Positions 54,291 to 64,000 of a stretch of 64,000 bases of DNA are shown one piece after another (the stretch's first letter is position 1; each line of letters opens with the position of its first letter). Under the pieces are notes generated by a model. It did no database searches. It saw only the letters and a program-made list of their open reading frames with translations, and was not told the origin of the DNA. The stretch is from Octopus vulgaris (Eukaryota), in the NCBI GenBank assembly GCA_951406725.2, contig OX597832.1, forward strand, positions 51,832,001-51,896,000. The letters run 5' to 3'. The translations under genes were made by a program, and so were the position numbers.

Positions 54291-55119
54291 GTATGAAAAG
54301 CCAGCAGTTCTAACAAAGTTCAACAACTGTAACAGACATTTTGTCCATATAGAGAAGCATTGCACAATTGCATAATTAAAAGCATTGGTATGTTACTGTT
54401 TCACTTTGTAAAATGCTGTTGCTTCACAATTTATCTGTCTCTGTCACCTAGCCTTGCTCACTCTGTGAGGTAGAGGAGGAAGTGATAGGGGAAGTTAGTA
54501 TAAAGTGAAAGCGGGTGGCTGTTGTGTAAACTCAAACAAAACTGAATTATGACATATAAGAAAACAGATATGTTAAATATTTATTACACTGCTTTTACAA
54601 ATATCTGTTCATGAATAAGTGTGCGTGTGTATGTATAAATGTATATTCATATATATATATGTATATATATATATATAGGCGCAGGAGTGGCTCTGTGGTA
54701 AGTAGCTTGCTAACAAACCACATGGTTCCGGGTTCAGTCCCACTGCGTGGCATCTTGGGCAAGTGTCTTCTGCTATAGCCCCGGGCCGACCAATGCCTTG
54801 TGAGTGGATTTGGTAGACGGAAACTGAAAGAAGCCTGTCGTATATATGTATATGTGTGTGTGTGTTTGTGTCTCTGTGTTTTTCCCCCTAGCATTGCTTG
54901 ACAACCAATGCTGGTGTGTTTACGTCCCTGTCACTTAGCGGTTCAGCAAAAGCGACCGATAGAATAAGTACTGGGCTTACAAAGAATAAGTCTTGGGGTC
55001 GATTTGTTCGACTAAAGGCGGTGCTCCAGCATGGCCGCAGTCAAATGACTGAAACAAGTAAAAAAAAAAAAATGTATGTGTATATATGTATGTACCTATA
55101 TGTGTATTATGTATGCATG

Positions 55120-55151
<32 letters not shown>

Positions 55152-55301
55152 CTATTATTCATTTCAGTCATCAGACTGTGTACGTTCCATTTTGCGGGAT
55201 GTTTATATGTAATATGTTTATATTAGCGTCAATGATTAAATGTTCGAATTATGAAATGATATGCGGATGACCTTGCATTTGTTTGTTCAATAACTTTACT
55301 T

Positions 55302-55345
<44 letters not shown>

Positions 55346-55460
55346 GTAAAATAATATGTTACCATTATTCAATAGCCAAGATAAAACTCTGAGTTTCGGA
55401 TGCCGAAGTGGAAATCCACAACACCATCTCTTCGGTTATCTGGCCATTTTTCAGATGGCC

Positions 55461-55523
55461 AGATAACTGAAGAGATGGTGTTGTGGATTTCCACTTCGGC
55501 ATCCGAAACTCAGAGTTTTATCT
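55461..55523 (+). ncRNA. Hammerhead motif in the right arm of a ~106-bp inverted repeat
   Basis: AGATAA-CTGAAGA-GATG..CATCc-GAAA-CTCAGAG-TT-TTATCT. Confidence 0.65.
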
Positions 55524-55623
55524 TGGCTATTGAATAATGGTAACATATTATTTTACAGATAAATTTCCTCTATTTACATAATATTGAGGTCTCTTTCTTT
55601 CTCTTGTTATCTTACCGTTTTTA

Positions 55624-55666
<43 letters not shown>

Positions 55667-55880
55667 CTTTCAACATGTGATCTCTTGAGCACCACCAGCA
55701 AAAATATTTTTTTCTCTGTCTTCCCTTCTTGGGATCTTTCCTTCTCCTTGTTTCCGACGAAGAGCTCCGCTCGAAACGTTAAACCCTCCTTCCTTTCTTT
55801 CCTGAGCGTCAATAATACTTTAATTGTTCCACGTCCTCGCGTTGCTGTGTTTTTTTCTGTGTTTTCTTGTTTGGATTAAC

Positions 55881-55911
<31 letters not shown>

Positions 55912-55940
55912 GAATTAGTAGTGTTTTGTTTATGTTGCAG

Positions 55941-56153
55941 GTAAACTCCAGCCTGAAGACTATGTGCTGATTCATGCAGGAGCAAGCGGTGTTGGTACAG
56001 CAGCAATCCAGTTGGTGACGTTAGCTAAAGGCAAAGCAATTGTGACAGCAGGCTCAGAAGACAAGATCAAATTGGCGCTTGAGTTAGGGGCCTCAGCTGG
56101 CTTTAATTACAAAGAGACTGATTTCTCAGAAGAAGTAATGAAATTCACTGAAG
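55941..56153 (+). CDS. TP53I3: PIG3-like exon (NADPH-binding Rossmann motif)
   Basis: tgcag|GKLQPEDYVLIHAGASGVGTAAIQLVTLAKGKAIVTAGSEDKIKLALELGASAGFNYKETDFSEEVMKFTE-G|gtgtga. 213 nt. Confidence 0.96.
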
Positions 56154-57282
56154 GTGTGACTTTGATTACTTTCTACTGCCTTCCTTCATTTGGAATTTTG
56201 TGAGAGGGTCAGGGTTAACATTTTTGAAGGTGTGCTTTTTAAATTGTTACCCTAGGGGATAGTCAAGATTAATTTTGGATTCTTACTCCTGGCAGTTAAT
56301 TAGAGGTGTCTCACTAATCAAGTGCCACCTGTCAAAATATCTAGTTAGAGGAATGTCTCGTTAATCAACATTCCTTGTTAAAGGGTATCACCAAATAACA
56401 TGCTTAGTTAAAGGAGTGTATCACCTGTTTGATTAATAGAGTGTTGTCCTCTAGAGTGCTTGATCAGTTGTGATTTTTATGTTTTTCCATTCACTGTTGG
56501 CTTCCTTCAAGCCTTCCTGAAATGCCCAACACCACGCGACTGATAAGCTTTCGTCTCTTTTCCTCTCACTGGTCTCCATCTCAATGCTATTTTGCATACT
56601 GATAATCTGACAATGATTTAGGTTTAATTAAATTGAACGTATAACCTTCTCAGAGATTGTGATCAGGGTTTAACTTCACTGAATTCTTCTTTTTTTTTTT
56701 TGTGTGCTGTTAAGTGTGATTTAGTGTTAAACTTTATTAAATATATGTCCTTTGGTTTCCTGTTCAGGAATCAAGAAAAAAAAATGGTGACAACTTTCGT
56801 TGTGACTAGTTAAAAGTGTCACCTTTTACCTAGGTTAATTAGAGGTGTTATTTTATCTTGTTAAAGTAACCTTTCATCATGACTAATCAAGAAGGTCACC
56901 TTTCATTAAAACTAATTATGACTGTATTGTTAGTAGTTAATGGCATCACTTTTCTGAATTTGTATTTATTAACTATTATGTATAATTATATTTGCAATGC
57001 TGTTGGTATTTATTAAAAAGAAATCTTTTATAATAATAATAAGATTGTTACTTAAGGATTTGGAAATGATAAGTGAAATAGATTGATTCAGTTTGTAATT
57101 ATTTAGATAATCTAATAAATATAAGTTGATGCATGTATGCAAAAATGTGTATATTATAAGATTAGTTATGAAAAAAATTTAAGGAGCCACTTTCTATGAG
57201 GACTTATTAACAAGGTTATCTTTTATCACACCCTGTAAGGTGGATCATAACAAATTAAATAAATATCATCAGGCAATACGCT

Positions 57283-57513
57283 TAACCCTTTCGTTACTGT
57301 ATTTATTTTGAGATGCTCTGTGTTTCTTTGAATTACTTTAAATATAACAAAGAATTTAGTAAAATAACTTGGTTATCATTAAGCTAGTGTTAGGAACATA
57401 AATTGTGACTAAGGTTTGGTGGAAGATTTTAATTCAACACTTATGAAAACAAGACATACATTTGTACTCGGAGCTAGAGCCGGTTTCAGCCGGGTTGGTA
57501 ATGAAAGGGTTAA
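57283..57513. mobile_element. piggyBac-like MITE
   Basis: TTAA-CCCTTTCGTTAC...GTAATGAAAGGG-TTAA. A similar element is at 43520-43746. Confidence 0.75.
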
Positions 57514-57835
57514 GGGAGGTCACTTGCCTACATATTTAGTTGAAGGAATGTCTCACTAGTCAATATATTTAGTAAACTGGGGTGTCACATGTCATAATGT
57601 TTGCTTAATGAGGTGTTACATAATAAATTTTTAATTAAAAGTATCCATTGTTAAAATGTCTAGTTAAAGATGTCTCACCAATTTAGATGTCAAATGAAAG
57701 GGTTGTCACCTGCCATAATGTCTAATTAAAAAAGTGTCATTCATCAAAAAAGTGTAGTTAAAGGATGTCACTTGCCAACTTTTTTAGTTTAAAGTGGGGA
57801 ATTACCTGTCAAAACGACTAATTAAAAATGTGTCA

Positions 57836-58225
57836 CCTGTCAAAACGTCTAATCTAAGGTGTAACCTGTCAAAATGTCTAATCTAAGGTGTAACCTGTCA
57901 AAATGTCTAATCTGAGGTGTAACCTGTCAAAATGTCTAATCTAAGGTGTAACCTGTCAAAATGTCTAATCTGAGGTGTAACCTGTCAAAATGTCTAATCT
58001 AAGGTGCAACCTGTCAAAATGTCTAATCTGAGGTGTAACCTGTCAAAATGTCTAATCTAAGGTGTAACCTGTCAAAATGTCTAATCTGAGGTGTAACCTG
58101 TCAAAATGTCTAGTCTAAGGTGTAACTTGTCAAAATGTCTAATCTAAGGTGTAACCTGTCAAAATGTCTAATCTAAGGTGTAACCTGTCAAAATGTCTAA
58201 TCTAAGGTGTAACCTGTCAAAATGA
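57836..58225. repeat. 29-bp minisatellite, about 13 copies
   Basis: Unit CCTGTCAAAATGTCTAATCT(A/G)AGGTGTAA; degenerate units upstream. Confidence 0.95.
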
Positions 58226-58287
58226 CTAGTTGAAACTATTTGTGCTGACAAAAACGCTTTAGAAATAAATATTTCCAATGTTTACAG

Positions 58288-58392
58288 GTCGTGGAGTCAA
58301 CTTGATTCTTGATTGTGTTGGAGGTGTTTACTGGGAGATGAATGTTAATTGCCTTGCCATGGATGGACGCTGGGTTTTATATGGACTTCTTG
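58288..58392 (+). CDS. TP53I3: PIG3-like exon
   Basis: tacag|[36 protein letters not shown]|gtaagt. 105 nt; not in the ORF track. Confidence 0.95.
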
Positions 58393-60058
58393 GTAAGTAT
58401 AAAATTAGTTTGGGGTGGTTGTAATCTTGGTACAGAAATCATTTAGGACTTCAAAATGTGCAATTAAGTATTCTTAAACCAATATTAAAGTATTGCTCTC
58501 TGAGAATATAATTCTAAAAAATTCACATGACCTGATATTTCTGGTTGTTAGTAAAATACAGGGTTCAATTTTGCTTTTAGTTTTTGCTCAAAGAAAAATA
58601 TGGCTGTCACACTATAAAAAATGTTTGTGATCTGTTGCATTATGGGCAGTATTAAGCTAATCTGCATGTCTTTATTATAACTTGTTTCTCTTCAGAAATT
58701 CTTAGATTAATCAAGGCGGCGAGTTGGCAGAAACATTAGCATGCCGGGCAAAATGCTTAGCAGTATTTCGTCTGCTGTTACATTCTGAGTTCAAATTCCG
58801 CCGAGGTCGACTTTGCTTCTCATCCTTTCAGGGTCGATAAATTAAGTACCAGTTAAGCACTGGGGTCAATGTAATCATCTTAATCCCTTTGTCTGTCCTT
58901 GTTTGTCCTCTCTGTGTTTAGTCCCTTGTAGGTAGTAAAGAAGTACGTATTTCGTCTGCCGTTACGTTCTGAGTCCAAATTCCGCCGAGGTCGACTTTGC
59001 CTTTCATCCTTTCGGGATCGATGTAATCGACTTAATCCCTTTGTCTGTCTTTGTTTGTCCCCTCTATGTTTGGGCCCTTGTGGGCAATAAAGAAATAAGA
59101 AATTCTTAGATTAATATTGGTTTTAGAATACTTATTGACACCAGAATATGTATGCATACTCCTCTTCAGTAAGACGCCTCTTCCTGTCCCTCTTTCATAC
59201 TTTCACATCCTTTGTCCCACTGCATTGAAGAATTTTGTCTTGTGAGCACTTGATACCCTCTCTAGTGCCAGTTCCACAAAAGAAGTACCTAGGCGTAAGA
59301 GTGGCTGTGTGGTAAAGTAGCTTGCTTACCAACCACATGGTTCCGAGTTCAGTCCCACTGCATGGCACCTTGGGCAAGTGTCTCCTACTATAGCCTCGGG
59401 CCGACCAAAGCCTTGTGAGTGGATTTGGTAGACGGAAACTGAAAGAATCCCGTTGTATATATGTATATATGTGTATATGCTTGTGTGTCTGTGTTTGTCC
59501 ATCCAACATCGCTTGACAACCGATGTTGGTGTGTTTACGTCCCCGTAACTTAGCGGTTCGGCAAAAGAGACCAATAGAATAAGTACTAGGCTTACAAAGA
59601 ATAAGCCCTGGGGTTGATTTGCTCGACTAAAGTTGGTGCTCCAGCATGGCCACAGTCAAATGACTGAAACAAGTAAAAGAAGTACCTAGTACACTCCGTG
59701 AATTGGTTTGTATTAGATGGGGCATCCATCTGTAGAAACCATGTCAGAGCAGACATTAAAACTCTGCGCAACCTTCTGGCTTGTCAGCTCATGTTGAACT
59801 GTCCAGCTCATGCCAGTCTAGAGAAAAGGATGTTAAATGATGATAAAGAGGATATATACACGCAACGGTCTTCTTTCAGTTTCCATCCACCATATCCATT
59901 CACAAGAGTTTTGGTTTGTCCTGGGGCTATTGTAGAAGGCATTTTTCCATGATGCCACACAATAGGATTGAACCCCCAAACCATGTGTTTGGGAAGTAAA
60001 CCTCTTAACAACACAACCATTCTTGCATCTCAATGTTTCTGTTTGATTTCTTTCACAG

Positions 60059-60150
60059 GTGGACGGTCAGTGAATGGAAATTTATTCCTGGAACTGTTAA
60101 AGAAGAGAATCAGTTTGATGGCCACAACTTTAAGGACACGTACCGATGAG
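60059..60150 (+). CDS. TP53I3: PIG3-like exon
   Basis: cacag|GGRSVNGNLFLELLKKRISLMATTLRTRTDE|gtgagt. 92 nt; restores phase 0. Confidence 0.94.
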
Positions 60151-61102
60151 GTGAGTAACCCTAGACTTTAGTTAGTAACATATAATGTCTATGTGTGTAT
60201 CACAGTACAAATAAACTTGGACATTGTGGCTGTTGCCAGCCTCGTCTGGCCCCTGTGCCGGTGGCACATAAAAACCACCCACTACACTCACGGAGTGGTT
60301 GGCATTAGGAAGGGCATCAAGCTGTAGAAACATTGCCAGATCAGACTGGGCCTGATGCGGCCTTCTGGCTTCCCAGACCCCAGTTGAACCGTCCAACCCA
60401 TGCTAGCATGGAAAGCGGATGTTAAACAATGATGATGATGATAATGAAAACGAGTCATATTTAAATGTATTCATAATTAAGAATTGTGTTGTTAAACCAG
60501 AGAAGAAAGTCTTTAAATGTGACTGTTATGATGACATCGTCATATTTTGACATTCAATTTTTCATACTTTATTGAAGCAAATTTGCTATGGCCTGCTGCC
60601 CTTACCGTCAGCGACCCTCAGCTCCCTAGCAAGGTAATACCTCTCCATGTCTTGATATCCTTTCATTTCACAGAACACTAGAAATTAATGATGCTGCTTT
60701 GTATGACAGTGACACTCATTTATAATTACCACATACTATCAAAACAAAGGCACACACTCAGACACAGACACACATACACACACACACACATGTCTTCACT
60801 ATGTCCCCTCTACCAAAATCTTCTCGCAAGACTTTGGTAGGTTATCAAGACAAACAAACCAACACCATTTATCCAGCAGTAGGGAGCTGATGACAAATAC
60901 TCACACAAAGATACATGTAGACACACACACACAATAGGCTTCCACACAGTTTTTGCCTAGCAAATTCATATACAAGGCATTAGTCAACTATGGTTATAGT
61001 AGAGAACACTTGCCCCAGAAGCCACAGAATGGAATTGAACCTAAGACCACAGAACAAGCTTCTTAACCAAACCATGACTATTGGTTTTTATTTATTTATT
61101 TA

Positions 61103-62218
61103 TTAACCCCTTGATGCCGGTGAGCTGGCAGAAACGTTAGCACACCGGGCGAAATGCTTAGCGGTATTTCGTCTGCCGTTACGTTGTGAGTTCAAATTCC
61201 GCCGAGGTCGACTTTACCTTTCATCCTTTCGGGGTCGATTAAATAAGTACCAGTTACGTACTGGGATCGATATAATCGACTTAATACCTATGTCTGTCCT
61301 TGTTTGTCCCCTCTATGTTTAGCCCCTTGTGGGTAGTAAAGAAATAGGTATTATCCGAAGCATGCGAGACACTGCTCCGTTTTTTTATCTAATGAGGCCA
61401 CGCAAACACACAAGTGCCAACGAGCTCGCGTCTTTTTACGTTCACCGTTACAATAACATAGCATCGTACATTTACGTCTACCGGTTTATGAAAACGAACT
61501 ATGTGAAGCTATTTATCATATAATAATAATAATAATAATAATGAAATTATTGTATACAGTGCTCAGGTGCACCACAACTTGTCAGAAAGTGCGTATAAAG
61601 TGTATGCAGTAATGTACAAATGTCTGGAAAGTGAACAATGTATGAGTCAGATACATGCTTGTGTGTGTATGGAGGGGAGAAAATCAGGTGTAGCATTGGC
61701 GAATCTCAGAAAGCATGGAAGTTTTGAAGGATGCAGTGCTCCGACAACTAACAACTGATGCCGGCAGTTTGTTTCATGCTTCAGCAACTCTCAGCGTGAA
61801 AAAATGTTTCCTAAAGTCATGGGAGCTGTGCTGTTTTCTGACTTTGTAAATATGTCCATGGGTGTTAGACAGGTGGAGTTTGAAAATATATGCACGAGTT
61901 ATTCTGCTCAAGTTTAAAAAATTGCTTGCGTGTGGTACAACTCAAAACACGGTATTATACATGTAAAGTACCCGCATGTCATTGGTCTACTGCTAGTCCC
62001 ATGACTTGAACGTAACCTAAAATAGCTAAGATAGTGCACGGGACAGCGAGCGCGCACACCTCAAAATAAAGTACACGATAGTGAAAGTAAACGTACGTCA
62101 GCCGCTAAAAAGTCCGTGATAGATGTAGGGCAGCTCTACATTGTATATTTACGTTAACCATGGGTAGGCAAGCAAAAGTGTGATTGCATATTTGCGTCAG
62201 TCGTTGTCAAGGGGTTAA
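61103..62218. mobile_element. piggyBac-like element with nested SINE and CR1 end
   Basis: TTAA-CCCCTTGA...TCAAGGGG-TTAA with a CpG-rich interior. Confidence 0.65.
61521..61880 (-). mobile_element. CR1/L2-like LINE 3' end (other copies 1-62(+), 13380-13632, 21215-21435)
   Basis: Family consensus FFTLRVAEAWNKLPASVV..SFK motif and an (ATT)n tail; four similar copies. Confidence 0.75.
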
Positions 62219-62321
62219 CTAATTATCATTGATTTATTTAAAAAGTTGTTGTTGTCTTTTGAAACTTCTAGCCTTATCTTAACCCTTAACCCTTGTTTTT
62301 TTTTTTTTTTTGTAATTTCAG

Positions 62322-62573
62322 TATAAAGGTCAACTCGTTGAAGCCTTCTCACAGCAAGCTTTGTCACACTTTGAAAGAGGTTATCTGAAACCTGTAATGG
62401 ACAGTGTTTTCCCTCTAGACCAGATCAGTGCCGCACATGAGAAAATGGAAGCGAACAAGAACATGGGCAAGATAATGATACGAGTTGCCAAAGACAACAC
62501 TGATGCCATCGGTGTTGTCGACAGCACCAACAACATCAACAAAGAAGAGACACAGATCAAAGCTGAATTGTAG
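62322..62573 (+). CDS. TP53I3: PIG3-like last coding exon with C-terminal extension ending KAEL*
   Basis: ttcag|YKGQLVEAFSQQALSHFERGYLKPVMDSVFPLDQISAAHEKMEANKNMGKIMIRVAKDNTDAIGVVDSTNNINKEETQIKAEL*. The spliced CDS from ATG 45544 is 1068 nt (355 aa), or 397 aa with the upstream exon. Confidence 0.95.
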   Translation, partial: YKGQLVEAFSQQALSHFERGYLKPVMDSVFPLDQISAAHEKMEANKNMGKIMIRVAKDNTDAIGVVDSTNNINKEETQIKAEL

Positions 62574-62772
62574 CATTGATATGAGCTGAAGGATATAAAT
62601 TTTCTTAACTACGCTGCCCACCTCTATAGAGTTAGATTTCACTAATTTTGATTATTAGAATTAAGGAAGTTAAAAAGACAATAAGAAACAAAAATATAAT
62701 AATAATAATAATAATAATGATGATAAACAGAATAGAAGGCTATTTTTCTTCATTCAGTGGTATGAGCTTGAT

Positions 62773-62778
62773 AATAAA
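62773..62778 (+). promoter_or_regulatory. Possible polyadenylation signal
   Basis: AATAAA about 200 nt after the stop codon. The AT-rich context makes a chance occurrence likely. Confidence 0.3.
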
Positions 62779-63030
62779 CAAGTGAGTAAAACTGTATTAG
62801 ACACCATACAGCAAATGTAATAAGCAATTATCTCTCTATATATATGTATATGTATATGTATATGTGTAAGTGTGTGTGTATGTATGTACGTATGTATGTA
62901 CACACACACATATATATATATATACACACATACATACATACAAATATATACATGTATATACACACACACATATATATATGTATATACACAAATATATCTA
63001 CATATATATATGTATATAACAAATATATGT

Positions 63031-63072
<42 letters not shown>

Positions 63073-64000
63073 ACATACATATATATATATATATATATGT
63101 ATACATACATATATATATATACACATATATACACACTCACACACACATACGTATATATATGTACACACAAACACACACACTCACACTCACACACACACAC
63201 ACACACACACAAGTTGTAATAACAAAGTAAGTTTCAGGTCTGCACAACATATAAATGCATGTAATAGGAAATCTTTCTTGCAAGTCCCAAAGCTTCCAGG
63301 AAAATTAAAAGAATGATCTTCAACAACTACATTTTACCAATGATGATTTACTGTAGTGAAACAAGGGCTATCAACACTATCATCATGAACGCCCTCATTG
63401 TAACCCAATAGTGTAAAGTAATTTAAAAATTAAAACCAAAATTATAAAAAAAAGACCATATATTTAGCTGGGAAAACTTGATATTTTAGATAAAAATTTT
63501 ATTATATTAGTGTATTTAACAGCATAATGACATTTAGCCATAAGTCAACAAGGGAGCCTCAGTGAAGTAGTTGATCAACCTGCTAGAAATAGCATTCCCC
63601 TCTGACCCACCGGTTTCTTCTCTACCTGTTACTCCCATTGTGGTTCACTTTTCTCAGTACCCTTCTGGAGATCTCCTCCTCTGTCACTTATGGTCATCCA
63701 GCAAACATTGACATAGAAATGTTTCTTATTAAACATTGATTGCATCAATCTCAATGTCATTAGTCTGGAAGATCCTGATAATCCTTTCTTCTGAATAATA
63801 TATATATATATATATATACATACATATATACATATATACGAGCAAAACGCCCCACCGTCCAATGGACGGTACTGAGTTGTCAAACATTTAAACCAAATTT
63901 TCTCAAAACAACTTGTCCGACCGTCCCATAGGCCTCCGCTTTGAGAAACACTGATTTAACCTAAATTTGAGACACCAGCAAAAGAAGTAATAAAGATAGA

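Overview
AT-rich, microsatellite- and transposon-dense eukaryotic DNA. The repeat families and a C2H2-ZNF fragment suggest a coleoid cephalopod (Octopus-like); this assignment is inference. One protein-coding gene is supported: a + strand TP53I3/PIG3-type NADPH quinone oxidoreductase, with seven homology-supported coding exons (45535-62573) whose GT-AG junctions keep the frame. A candidate upstream exon (34623-34739) splices in frame and adds a signal-peptide-like N-terminus, and the protein ends in KAEL*, which suggests an ER-luminal PIG3. The rest of the window is mobile DNA: tRNA-derived SINEs, (TAA)n-targeting R4/Dong LINE remnants, RTE, CR1 and Tx1-like fragments, a mariner, Merlin-like MITEs with a transposase relic, tandem Helitrons and piggyBac-like MITEs. 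At least eight minimal type-I hammerhead ribozyme motifs occur in Penelope/retrozyme-like repeats. Most ORFs in the supplied track are translations of microsatellites or SINEs. TE family names come from motif recall, not database searches.
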